Shown here in pieces: positions 37,422 to 47,037 of a DNA stretch of 64,000 nt. The notes under the pieces were generated by a model. The model had not been told where the DNA came from and did not search any database. It saw only the letters and a program-made list of their open reading frames with translations. Position 1 is the first letter of the stretch. Each line of letters starts with the position of its first letter. Position numbers and translations under genes: made by a program. The stretch is taken from positions 124,001-188,000 of the IMG/VR virus record IMGVR_UViG_3300044796_000662; one strand, given 5' to 3'.

Positions 37422-40400
37422 TCAGGGGGTCGAAGCCGGGGGCAGCGCAGCTAGCTGAGACTGCGCGTTCGCGAGTTGCTGTTGTGTCGTGTAGAGCTGG
37501 CTTTCCAAGTTCTTGAGCGTCTGCGTGGTGTCCCCAGGCGCGACAACGTTCGGTTGGGACAGAGCCTTGATCTGCGTCTGGAGGCTAGAGATCTGACTCT
37601 GGTACCCTTGAATCTGTTGCGTGAGCTGCGCCCTCTGCGCGTTACTCTTGACCGAAGCTCCGAAGTTCTGCCAGTTCTGCGAGAGGGAAGACAGTGCGCT
37701 GTCCGCTTGCTGCGCGATGGCGATCGGGTTGTCCGTCTGCCCAGGCCCACCTGGTCCGTATGGCGGAGTAACGTTCGCGAACCCGTTGCCCGATGTTCCG
37801 AACTCGACGTTCTGCACAAGTTCCTGGTCGCTCTGCGCGATGAGTTCTTGCTGGCTGGGGTCGAGGTTGGTGGGGTCGCCACGCAGCGCGTTCTCGTACT
37901 GCTGGTGCACCTGGTCGAGCTGGTTGTAGAGGTTGTAGAGGAACGTGTCGATCGTGTTCTCCACTTCCTGAGGCGTCATCGGCACGGCCTGACTATCGTT
38001 GACCGGCACCGGGGTGTTCGTAGCGGCGGCCGTAGCCGGAGCGAGGTTGCCCTGATCCGGTGTCGCAGCATTGGGCGAGGAAAGCGTGGAGACGCTGTAC
38101 CCGTTGCCCGAGGAGATGAAGATGAGGTCCGCACGACCGAGCAAGCACGCGCACTCCGTGTCTGAGGTGACGTCGCCCGTCTTCGGAACCATCTCGTAGA
38201 GCGTCAGGCCGTTCGAGAGCTGCCCAGCTTCGACGCTGTTCGGCACACCCGCTTGCTGCGGGGAGTTGAGTGTGGTGGCTTTCGGGTCGCCCAACATGGG
38301 GTACGCGCCGGGAGTCGTGGGCGGCGTGTAGTATTGCGGCCCGGTGTCTGGGTTGACGAAGCCTGCGGTCTGGAGATCCTCGGGGGTGAGCGTAGAGAGC
38401 GTAGCTGCCGGGTTCTGGTAGGCGCTCGTGACAGACGTGATCCCCTGCGCCTGTGCGTTGAGCGTGGCGTAGAGGTCACCACCGAGAGCGGTCTGCTCCG
38501 AGACAGTGGCCATGCTGTCCCGTTGGCCTTGTTGCTGCACGACCAGGTTTCCATCCCGAAGCATGACGCCACGGCCGTAGCGGAACACGCCCACGACCTC
38601 GAACCCACGCTCATCCGAGACCGGCCGAATGAGACCCGAAGCCCCTTGCAAGGCTTGAATTCCTCCAGAAGTGCCCTGGATGTGCAGGTTCTTGTTCGGG
38701 AAGATGAGCACCTCTTTGATCACATCCGCCTTGTCATACGCGTAGACGTACGCGCCAGCGGAGTTCAAACCGTACTGGTAGCGGTTGTTGAGATACTGCT
38801 CGCGCACACGCGTGTCGGTGTTTGCAGCGTTGAAGGGCGCGAGCACTGCACTTGCTGTCTGATTGGCGGCGTTCGTGAAGGCGGTCTTCTTCGCAGCGAG
38901 CACGTCTGGGTTCGTCGAGGACTGTGGCCGGTGACCCGCGACTTGACCCGTCTGATCCGTGGTCCCTTGAAAGGAACGCGTGAAGAGCATGACCGCGTTC
39001 GGGTAGCCTACGATGCGACCCGTCTTCGAGTTGCGAAGGATGAGAGGGTCGTATGGGCTTTGGCTGCCCGCATTCGGAATGGGAGGCGTCGGCGGGAAGG
39101 TGGCCGCCGTGCCCATCTTCAGGTTGAACGAAGCGCTCTGGGAGAGCTGCTTCGAGCTGTACGATACCTGGCCCGACGCTGAAGTGGTGGGGGTGCCCTG
39201 CGGCGCGCTGGCGAGCGAGAGCGTTCCAATACCCTGAGGGGCGATGAACTTCTTACGCCGAGCGGTCAAGGTCAACGAGGTTGTAGCTCGCCCACCGTAC
39301 GCGATGTTGTGGCTGATACCGCTGACGTACCAGACCTCGTCCTTGGGGGCGATGTAGACAGGGAACCCAAGACGCAGCTCTGGACGGATGGGGATCGTGA
39401 CCGTTCCACGATGCCGGCGGGCGTTCCACCTGTCGAGCATGTCTAGGCCAACGTAGAACATCTTGTTGGTGTCGCCCAGGAACTCCGAGTTGAAGGTCTG
39501 CGACCGCCAACCGTACTGACGAAGCAAGTGGAAGTCCGTAACCGACGTCATCGGCGTCAGCTCTTGGGCAAGGCCGTAATCCACGTTGCCGCCGTAGCTG
39601 CCCTGCATGATGATCTGCGTGACGACTTCCGACTCGGAGGAGGAAAAGTCCCAGTCGATGATGTCGATGTCCTGGATCCAGGAGATCGGCTTGTTCCCGA
39701 GCACGTCCAGGTTGTAGAACGGTGGCTTGAAAACAACGCTCCCGTCCACGTCCATGTACAGCTCGAAGCCGATGGCCTCTTTCGCGGCCGTACCGAGTTC
39801 AAGCTTGGTCTGGTACTCGGAGTTCCACAGGGGGACTTCGACGTTGAGGTTGCTGCGGAAGGCTACGACCTCTTCATCCGTAGGGTCGTAGACCGCCTGA
39901 CCCGAGTTGGGGCCGCCCATCGCCTTCGCGATGCTCTTGGCAACCCAGTGCTTGCCGACCTTTGTTGTACCCGTGGGAACGTACTCGTTCAGAACGTCGC
40001 CCCGGATGGAGTAACCGTTCGCAGCATAGAGCATCAAGTTGCTGCGGATGCGTTGGAACCGCTCCTCCCAATAGATGGCGAGGTCGGCGAAGATACCGTT
40101 GAAGAGGTTCTTCTGCGCGCCCGACTCCCGGTACTGAGCCACAAGGCCGCCCGTACCGACGATGATGTCCCCGAAGGACTGCTGCGCGAGGGTCCAGATG
40201 ATGTCGTAAGGATTGGCACCGAAGAAGGCGTTGCCGAAGAGCGCCATGCCCATCGCGCCCGGGTGCGGCGACGTGAACGCGCTGTTCGTCGCCATCTTGC
40301 AGACTTCCCACCACTTGAGGATGTCTGCGCAGTGGATGGAAACCGAGTGCTCGCCGCCCGAGTAGCTGTCGTTGACCTCCGTGACGAGACCCCAGAAGAT

Positions 40401-40736
40401 CGGGTAGTATTGCGGCAGACCCTCCACGAGGAAGTGGCCCTTCGTGTAGATCTCGACCTCCATCATCGGGCAGATGATGGGGCTGTTGTCGAAGTAGAAG
40501 TCGTCTATGGCATGCCGGGGCACGGACAGGTTCAGGCTCGCCGAACCGGGCACACTGTCGATCGACAGGTCCACCTGGACCGACGTGATGTACTTGTTGA
40601 ACGGGAAGCTCTTGTTGCAGACCGGGCAGCCGATCACATCCGAGTTGCCGTTGATGAGTACGATGGAGTCTGGCGCCGTCACAACAGTGGGGCGGGCTCC
40701 GTTGACGTACGTGCCTTGGAAGGGACTGCGGGCCAT
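37422..40736 (-). CDS. Baseplate hub protein (T4 gp27 / Mu gp44-like), 1104 aa
   Basis: YITSVQVDLSIDSVPGSASLNL, IFWGLVTEVNDSYS....VSIHCAD, GTVTIPIRPELRLG, WYVSGISHNI; C-terminal coiled coil. Confidence 0.8.
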   Translation of the reverse strand: MARSPFQGTYVNGARPTVVTAPDSIVLINGNSDVIGCPVCNKSFPFNKYITSVQVDLSIDSVPGSASLNLSVPRHAIDDFYFDNSPIICPMMEVEIYTKGHFLVEGLPQYYPIFWGLVTEVNDSYSGGEHSVSIHCADILKWWEVCKMATNSAFTSPHPGAMGMALFGNAFFGANPYDIIWTLAQQSFGDIIVGTGGLVAQYRESGAQKNLFNGIFADLAIYWEERFQRIRSNLMLYAANGYSIRGDVLNEYVPTGTTKVGKHWVAKSIAKAMGGPNSGQAVYDPTDEEVVAFRSNLNVEVPLWNSEYQTKLELGTAAKEAIGFELYMDVDGSVVFKPPFYNLDVLGNKPISWIQDIDIIDWDFSSSESEVVTQIIMQGSYGGNVDYGLAQELTPMTSVTDFHLLRQYGWRSQTFNSEFLGDTNKMFYVGLDMLDRWNARRHRGTVTIPIRPELRLGFPVYIAPKDEVWYVSGISHNIAYGGRATTSLTLTARRKKFIAPQGIGTLSLASAPQGTPTTSASGQVSYSSKQLSQSASFNLKMGTAATFPPTPPIPNAGSQSPYDPLILRNSKTGRIVGYPNAVMLFTRSFQGTTDQTGQVAGHRPQSSTNPDVLAAKKTAFTNAANQTASAVLAPFNAANTDTRVREQYLNNRYQYGLNSAGAYVYAYDKADVIKEVLIFPNKNLHIQGTSGGIQALQGASGLIRPVSDERGFEVVGVFRYGRGVMLRDGNLVVQQQGQRDSMATVSEQTALGGDLYATLNAQAQGITSVTSAYQNPAATLSTLTPEDLQTAGFVNPDTGPQYYTPPTTPGAYPMLGDPKATTLNSPQQAGVPNSVEAGQLSNGLTLYEMVPKTGDVTSDTECACLLGRADLIFISSGNGYSVSTLSSPNAATPDQGNLAPATAAATNTPVPVNDSQAVPMTPQEVENTIDTFLYNLYNQLDQVHQQYENALRGDPTNLDPSQQELIAQSDQELVQNVEFGTSGNGFANVTPPYGPGGPGQTDNPIAIAQQADSALSSLSQNWQNFGASVKSNAQRAQLTQQIQGYQSQISSLQTQIKALSQPNVVAPGDTTQTLKNLESQLYTTQQQLANAQSQLAALPPASTP

Positions 40737-40744
40737 GGTCTGAT

Positions 40745-42598
40745 CTAGGTCTGGGTTGAGAGCGTGAGGCCGCCGGGACCAACTTCGTCGATGGTGGCGT
40801 TGTAGATAGGCACGGGAGCCGCAGGCTGCGGGATGACAGGAGAAGAGTTCGGGACCGTCGTCGATTGATTGGTAGGCGTCGTCGGCGGTTGCTGGACCGT
40901 GAAGCCCCCTTGAGGAATGCCATAGGTGAAGTTGGGGTCCGCCACCTGATCGAAGACGAAGGTCGCACGAGCCGTGAAGGAGAAGCTGTACTCCAACGAG
41001 TAAGGTTCCGTGTCGGTCTCGGTGATCGTGAAGTTGTCGAACGACCCCACGTACAGCGTGTAGTCGAAGTAGATGTAGATGGAGCCCAGGACCGAGAGGT
41101 TGCTCTTCGAGAAGTCGATGGGGTCGGGCACGTAGATGCCCGCATTGTTGCGGTAGATCTGGTAGAGCGACACGAGGTTCTGGAACGACAGCGAATACTG
41201 CCGTGCCGTCCTCGTGAGGCCAGGACCCATCGAATCGGTAGTCGTGTCGATCGCTTGGAAAGCAGCGATCTTGCCCGAGCCCTCGATCTTGTCCTGGTTG
41301 TCACCCCAGTGCTCGACGATGTCTTGCGGGCCGAAGCGGGTCCAGTTACCGTCCGCAATGACCTTCTCGTTGTTGACCTTGAACGACCTCGGGTTGACGA
41401 GGAGTTGCAGAGGCGGCGTCTGCGCCATCTGCGTAATGAGTTGCTGCGAGGCCAAGGCAGACGCTCGCTGCGCCTGTGCGTAGTTCTGCGCGACCTGGTT
41501 CTGCGAGTTCTGGAGGTCCGTGTTTTGGGACGTAGAGATCTGCGAGGCTGCCTGCGCGCTAGCTCCTGACCCGGTAGCAACCCAATCTGTCGAGACGTTC
41601 GTGGTGATCGTACCCGCAGGGCTGAACGTGAGCGGCGCGGGGAGCTGACTCGTGTCCAGGGACCCAAGCTGGCCCACGAGAGTGTTTGGGTCGTGGAACC
41701 CTTGGAGGTACCCGCCCACGCTGACGCCCATGTACGAGTATTGGCCAGCGCTCTTCAGGGCGTTCACGTAGCCCTGCGTGTCCCCCGCCGCTGCCGCCTG
41801 GAAGGCCGCTTGGCCGCCCGTTCCCTGGATGGCGTTGAGGAACGCGGTCGCGCCCCCCACCGCCGTGCTGTACGACGTGTAGTAGGAGACCGGGCCTTCG
41901 CCCTGCGTCCCCGGGCAGTTCACGTACCCGAAAGTGTTGTGGTTGGCGATGGCCTTCGCGCCCCAGGACGTCGAGGGGTTGAAGTTGCCGATGTACCCAG
42001 GGTTGTTGTTGGGCCACTGGACCGTCGTGCCGCTCGGAGAGCCGGTCTCACGCATCGAGTGGGCACAGAGCGTTGCAAGAGTCAGTGCTGAAGGCGGGCT
42101 TCCGAACTTCTGCGTGTAGGCGGTGTTGAGGGCGGCCGCAAGCTGTTGCAAGCTCAACGTCTGAACGATGGGCGGTCCCTGGTTCGATCCCGGATCACCG
42201 TCCACGTTCTGCCCGTGGCAGCCTCCGAAGGCCCCCGCCGGTCCCTGACTCGAACTGACGGTGGAAGCACTGCCGCTCGCTGGCTGCGGTTGCGCCTGAG
42301 GGGCGGTCCCCAGAGTAGGCTGCTTGGGCGTGCGGTCCAACGTGCGCCCGGTAGGGAGCGACGAAGGCGGGATGAGCCCGATGACGAAGAGCTTCTTGCT
42401 CTGGTCAGGGTTGTTCATCGCGTCGGAAACGGGGATGAACTGCGCTCCCATCGCATCCGGTTGCAGGATGAGCGACTGGCTGAGCTGCGACAGAAGCGAG
42501 TAGTAGAGCGACGGCGAGTAGTAGTTCGCGTTCTGCGCGATCTGTTGGTAGATCGACGTGTTCGACGGGTTCGTGTTGTTGTTGCCGTTGTCCGCCAT
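40745..42598 (-). CDS. Tube-initiator (gp48/gp54-like) protein with an N-terminal GH73/FlgJ-like peptidoglycan hydrolase domain
   Basis: C-terminal LQLLVNPRSF...VEHWGD...YIYFD....GSF..F...E; N-terminal AHSMRETG...NNPG...Y.SY....G...YVNALKSAGQY. Confidence 0.65.
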   Translation of the reverse strand: MADNGNNNTNPSNTSIYQQIAQNANYYSPSLYYSLLSQLSQSLILQPDAMGAQFIPVSDAMNNPDQSKKLFVIGLIPPSSLPTGRTLDRTPKQPTLGTAPQAQPQPASGSASTVSSSQGPAGAFGGCHGQNVDGDPGSNQGPPIVQTLSLQQLAAALNTAYTQKFGSPPSALTLATLCAHSMRETGSPSGTTVQWPNNNPGYIGNFNPSTSWGAKAIANHNTFGYVNCPGTQGEGPVSYYTSYSTAVGGATAFLNAIQGTGGQAAFQAAAAGDTQGYVNALKSAGQYSYMGVSVGGYLQGFHDPNTLVGQLGSLDTSQLPAPLTFSPAGTITTNVSTDWVATGSGASAQAASQISTSQNTDLQNSQNQVAQNYAQAQRASALASQQLITQMAQTPPLQLLVNPRSFKVNNEKVIADGNWTRFGPQDIVEHWGDNQDKIEGSGKIAAFQAIDTTTDSMGPGLTRTARQYSLSFQNLVSLYQIYRNNAGIYVPDPIDFSKSNLSVLGSIYIYFDYTLYVGSFDNFTITETDTEPYSLEYSFSFTARATFVFDQVADPNFTYGIPQGGFTVQQPPTTPTNQSTTVPNSSPVIPQPAAPVPIYNATIDEVGPGGLTLSTQT

Positions 42599-42601
42599 AG
42601 G

Positions 42602-43486
42602 TCACACCCCCGTCTGGCCGCTGCCCCGGGCTCCGATGACAGGAGCGTTCGGGTTGGCGATGCCGGTTGCGGCCGAGGTCGTTCCTGAGGTCCCGATGGA
42701 TGCCAGTGCAGCCGCTTGCTGCCCAGCCGTCAGGCCGCCTGAGGCGACGAAGCCTGCCTGTGACTGCACAGGAGGCGAGGTGTTTGGAGCTTGCACGGAG
42801 GTTGACGAGGTTGTCGGGTTCACCCCAGGCGTGCCCTGGAAGTTCGTAGACTGGAAGGCAGGCGTCCCGACGTAGCCGTTCGGAGAGAGACCGCCGCCCA
42901 CGGGAATGAGCTGAATCGTCTGCTGGACCTTGAAGGACCAGGAGACCTTGAACATGAACGGCGTGTCGTCCGTCTCTTCCACTTCGAAGGTCTTGAAGTA
43001 CCCGATGTACGTCCCGCGATCGTACATGAGCATGACGTTGCCCTGGAGGACGATGTTGCCAGCCGGATCGAAGACCGACCCGTTATTGCGGTACAGATCG
43101 TAGAGGTCCCGATAGCGGTCCCATGCAATCGTGTACTGGCGAACGACGCTGGCCGTGCCCGAGTAGATGTTGAGGAAGGCTCCGGTCACGCCGTCTGCGG
43201 AGAGGTCCGTCATCTCGTCGCCCCAGTGCTGCTCGACGAAGCCGCCGCGCGTCTGGATGCGTTCGATCTTCTTCGTGTAGTTCTCGGAGAAGTTCTGCGG
43301 GTTGACGTGCATGACGAGTGCGTGTGGAAGCAGAGCCTTGGTGTTGTCGAGAGGGCTTGTGATCTGGAACGCCATCGGGATGAACGACCGACGAGAGTCC
43401 ACACCATGGACGTACGACGGCTGATTCGTCGGTCCCGAGTTGACCGGGAAGTTGTTGGGGTTCGCGGGAGAGTTGATCGCGGGCAT
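42602..43486 (-). CDS. Tube-initiator (gp48/gp54-like) protein
   Basis: LVMHVNPQNF...VEQHWGDE...LMYDRGTYIGYFKTFEVEE; paralog of the neighbouring gene's C-terminal domain. Confidence 0.7.
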   Translation of the reverse strand: MPAINSPANPNNFPVNSGPTNQPSYVHGVDSRRSFIPMAFQITSPLDNTKALLPHALVMHVNPQNFSENYTKKIERIQTRGGFVEQHWGDEMTDLSADGVTGAFLNIYSGTASVVRQYTIAWDRYRDLYDLYRNNGSVFDPAGNIVLQGNVMLMYDRGTYIGYFKTFEVEETDDTPFMFKVSWSFKVQQTIQLIPVGGGLSPNGYVGTPAFQSTNFQGTPGVNPTTSSTSVQAPNTSPPVQSQAGFVASGGLTAGQQAAALASIGTSGTTSAATGIANPNAPVIGARGSGQTGV

Positions 43487-43494
43487 AGGTCAGA

Positions 43495-46400
43495 TCACGT
43501 GAACTTGTTCCGCCGGTTGTACTCGGCGATACCGTTCATGACGTGCCCTTTGATCACGTTGGCCAGCTCTTGGCCCCCAGGACCATTGACGTTGATCGAG
43601 ATGCCACCACCTCCACCACCTGCCCGCCCGATCGTCTCCTTCGGGCCCACAGACGCGAAGCCCTCGCCCGCAGGAGCGCGCATGGTCTTGGCGACGCCAC
43701 CCTGAATGCTCGTGACGTAGCCGCCCGATGCGTGCGCGGGCGCAACCGGAACAGGTCCGATGGCCTCTTGGGCAGCGTTCTTGCCGAACGTGGACATCGT
43801 GGACGCACCCGACCGGAGTTGTTCGAGCACGCCTTCCTTGCTGTCGTCCTTGTAGAGGAAGTACTCCAGGAGGGCCTCGCGGTTCGCGTCGAGAACCTGG
43901 TCGTGGCCTTCCTTCCAGAACTTGTCCTTCATGAAGGACTGGTTGATCTTGATCCCACGGATCCAAAGGACGTTGTAGAGATCGTCGATCGTCTTGCCGC
44001 TCGACATCACATCGAGCTGATCGCTGACGTTCTGGATGGTCTGGTTCGCCTGTGCCAGGGTCGGCGTCTGGTTGTTGATGGCGTCCACGACCTGCGGGAT
44101 CGGCGCCGTGTTGTCCGCCACCTTCTGCTCCGCCTGCGACTGAGCAGGGGGTCCAGCGGCGGGCGTGCCCGCACCTGCCGGGGCTCCGGTAGTGGCCACG
44201 GACGGCGCCGCGGGGCCGGCTACCCCGGGCTTGTCGTCCGAATCATCGTCCGATTCACCCATCCCTGGCTTCACCGTTCCGGGAAGACCCAGGCCACCCT
44301 TCGTGATCTTCGCGAAGCCCACCATCTTCACGAGCTGTTGCTCGGTCATGCCCGCCATGGCGCCCTTCATGAGGGACTGCATCTGCGCGGGATTGAGTCC
44401 CGCCGCATTGGAGGCGGACGTCAGGTTCGCGCCCATCCCCTCTTCCTGCAACGCCTTCTGGAGATTGTCCTTGATGTCGTCAGACAGATCCGACTTGTTG
44501 ATCGCATCCGCCTGTTGATCCGGATTGAGCGCGGCGGTGACGGACTTGAGCGCGTCGAACTGGTCGGCCGAAGAGGCGCCGCCCACCTTCTTCATGAAGG
44601 CATCGCGAAGAGCTTCGCTGGCAGTGGTCGCGTTCCCGCTCTCCGCAAGCAGCCTGCCGAGATCCTTGCTCAGAACGTCTTGCTGACCACTCAGGCTCCG
44701 GATCAGCTCCTTGTGCGCCTTGGCGGGGTCGTTCTGGTTGTTCTTGGTAGACCAGAAATCGAAGAACTCATCCAGAGTCGAGCTGACCTGTTCAAGAACC
44801 TTGTACAGGTAATTCATGATCCCATCGACGACGAGATCCAGCTTGTCACCGAGCTTCGACGTGAGCTTCGTCTGTTGCTTGGCGTAGTTGATCTCCTTCT
44901 GCGTGTCGGCGAGCGCTTGCTGTTGCGTCTCGTCCATCGCAGCGATGATCTTCTGATCGTTGACCTTGGACTCGTCGCCCACCGTATCGGCGGTGATGCC
45001 GAGTTCCTGCATGCGCTTGACCATCTGCGCCTGCTCGGGGGACGGGTTCGGGTTCGCGAACGCCGCCTTCATCTCGTCGCGCTGCTTGTCGATCGCCTTC
45101 TCCAGCTTGACCGCCTGATCGAACTGGTCCTGGGAGATGTTGGCCGCCTTACGTGCAGCGAACGCCTGGATGCCCACCATGTCCGAAAGCTTCTTGCCCC
45201 CGCCGAACTTCTGAAGAGCAGCCTTCGTCGCGGTTACGGCACCCGCGGCACTGAGGTTCTGCATGGCCTCGGCTACGCCCACCATGCCGCCCTGCTGGAC
45301 TCGCTTGTAGTCCATCTCGATCGAGGTGATGGCCTCGTTGAGCGGACCCGAGAGCTTCTTGCCGCTCTTGGCCGACGCATCGGCCAGTGCCTTCTCCAGG
45401 GACTTGCCGCCGTCCTTGCCCGCCTTGGCCATCGCATCCTGGAACTCTTGAGCGTTCAGGCCGATGGTGCTCTGCACCTGCGTGCTGAGGGCACGGGTCT
45501 TGTCCTCAAGGTCATCGGTCACGACCTTGGCGGCCTTACCGACGCCGAGGATGGCAACCTGACGGATGCGGTCTTCCTCGCTCATGCCCTTGTACATGTT
45601 GACGAGGGTGCCCATGAACTTCTGTGCTTCGCGCGGGTTCATCTGCTTGCCCATCAGCTTGAGCAGAGACGTCGCCTGATCGATGCGAGTGTTGTAGAGG
45701 TTCAAGTCTGCGGAGACGCCACGGATGATGGCGAAGAACTTGTTGGACGCGATGCCCGAGTCCGCGGCCGAGTCCGCGGCCGCACGGCTCATCTTGGACA
45801 TCGAGAGCATCGTAGAGTCGAAGCTCTGGCCCATGTCGCGCATGGCCTCGCTCTGGAACTGCGTGATCTCCTGGAGGCTCACACCCCAGTTGCGAGAGAA
45901 GGCCACCGCGACGTGAACGGCGTCACCCCAGTCCTGAACCTGACCCGTCATTCCCGAAGCCGAGTCCTTGGCGGACTTGAACTCCCGCTTCATCGTCTTG
46001 AGGTCCACACCCTCTTGGAAGAGCGTTTGCTCGAATTGCTTGTGCTCTTGCGCAGTGATGCCCCACTGCATGTTGTCGTTGATGTCGAAGGCCGAGTCGC
46101 GCATCTTGTCGAGCGTCGCACTCAGGCTCTTGTACGCCTTGTCGGCGTCCATGCCGTTGGCGTAGAGAATCGCAGAGGTGTCCGCGCTCGCCAGCACTTC
46201 CTTGTTGAAGTCCTTGGCCTGTCCTTCGATCTGCATGAAGAGCTTGACGAGCATCCCCGCAATGTCAGCCACACCTCCAAGAGCGGGGCCCATCTTCGAG
46301 AACGCGCTCGTGAGCCCGCCGATACCCTCGGTGAGCTTGCCGACGCCCTTCATGAGGCCGCCCATGGCACCCAAACCAATGGCGCCCGCTTTGCCCCCGG

Positions 46401-47034
46401 CCCCGCCCTTGCCCCATAGCTTCCCGGCCTTCTTGAAGGTCAGGTCGCCCATGTGCCACATCTTCTTGCCGCTGACTCTGAAGACCTTGCCGATGGTGTT
46501 TTCGAGGATCTTGGCCGCAAACGAGAAGCCCTCGGAGAGCGTCTTGACCGCCTCCGTGACAGCGCCCTCAAGATCCTTGCGGAGCAACGCTCCGCCGACC
46601 TTGAACGCTCCGGTGAGTATCTGACCCGTTCCGTGGCTGGTCGCCGCCCCGCCCTTGGAGACCGCGCCGGCGATCTTGCCGCCCACGCCAGCCTTCTGAG
46701 CCGCCGAACGAAGGCGCTTGTACTCGGCGACCGTCTCCTGGATCTTCTTCTTCTCCGCGCCGGTCGCGTGGAGCATCTTCTCTTGCTGACGACCGATGAG
46801 GACGTTGTACTTGTGGACCTTCTGGTAGCCAGTGACGACGTCCTTGATCCTCCGGGTCATGCCGCGAAGGTTCACGTCCGAGATCTTCTTGAGCGCCTTG
46901 CTGAAAAGCTGCGCTGCACGGCTCGTCTGCTTGAACCCTTGCTGCGTACGCAGGTTGAGGTTCTTGAAGTCCTTGAGCGCTGCCTGCGTCTCAAGCTGTA
47001 GCTTTACTTGCAGTACCTCTTGTTCCGTGGGCAT
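43495..47034 (-). CDS. Tape measure protein, 1179 aa
   Basis: Long helical Ala/Lys/Gly-rich protein after chaperones; hydrophobic Gly-rich segment; C-terminal HASGGYV...GE...GP motif. Confidence 0.85.
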   Translation of the reverse strand: MPTEQEVLQVKLQLETQAALKDFKNLNLRTQQGFKQTSRAAQLFSKALKKISDVNLRGMTRRIKDVVTGYQKVHKYNVLIGRQQEKMLHATGAEKKKIQETVAEYKRLRSAAQKAGVGGKIAGAVSKGGAATSHGTGQILTGAFKVGGALLRKDLEGAVTEAVKTLSEGFSFAAKILENTIGKVFRVSGKKMWHMGDLTFKKAGKLWGKGGAGGKAGAIGLGAMGGLMKGVGKLTEGIGGLTSAFSKMGPALGGVADIAGMLVKLFMQIEGQAKDFNKEVLASADTSAILYANGMDADKAYKSLSATLDKMRDSAFDINDNMQWGITAQEHKQFEQTLFQEGVDLKTMKREFKSAKDSASGMTGQVQDWGDAVHVAVAFSRNWGVSLQEITQFQSEAMRDMGQSFDSTMLSMSKMSRAAADSAADSGIASNKFFAIIRGVSADLNLYNTRIDQATSLLKLMGKQMNPREAQKFMGTLVNMYKGMSEEDRIRQVAILGVGKAAKVVTDDLEDKTRALSTQVQSTIGLNAQEFQDAMAKAGKDGGKSLEKALADASAKSGKKLSGPLNEAITSIEMDYKRVQQGGMVGVAEAMQNLSAAGAVTATKAALQKFGGGKKLSDMVGIQAFAARKAANISQDQFDQAVKLEKAIDKQRDEMKAAFANPNPSPEQAQMVKRMQELGITADTVGDESKVNDQKIIAAMDETQQQALADTQKEINYAKQQTKLTSKLGDKLDLVVDGIMNYLYKVLEQVSSTLDEFFDFWSTKNNQNDPAKAHKELIRSLSGQQDVLSKDLGRLLAESGNATTASEALRDAFMKKVGGASSADQFDALKSVTAALNPDQQADAINKSDLSDDIKDNLQKALQEEGMGANLTSASNAAGLNPAQMQSLMKGAMAGMTEQQLVKMVGFAKITKGGLGLPGTVKPGMGESDDDSDDKPGVAGPAAPSVATTGAPAGAGTPAAGPPAQSQAEQKVADNTAPIPQVVDAINNQTPTLAQANQTIQNVSDQLDVMSSGKTIDDLYNVLWIRGIKINQSFMKDKFWKEGHDQVLDANREALLEYFLYKDDSKEGVLEQLRSGASTMSTFGKNAAQEAIGPVPVAPAHASGGYVTSIQGGVAKTMRAPAGEGFASVGPKETIGRAGGGGGGISINVNGPGGQELANVIKGHVMNGIAEYNRRNKFT
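45757..45782 (-). repeat. 12-bp in-frame tandem duplication (AADS AADS) in tape measure gene
   Basis: cgagtccgcggc cgagtccgcggc cg read directly. Confidence 0.85.
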
Positions 47035-47037
47035 CTG

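Noticed and set aside
5949-40736. Kozak-like (A/G)CCATGG start contexts suggesting eukaryotic translation
   Set aside because: Explained by high GC and Ala as second residue; several genes have clear AGGAG/GAGG Shine-Dalgarno sites
45757-45782. 12-bp tandem duplication in the tape measure gene as a length-tuning or phase-variation device
   Set aside because: Single in-frame duplication of 4 aa; could be slippage or an assembly artefact, with no evidence of function
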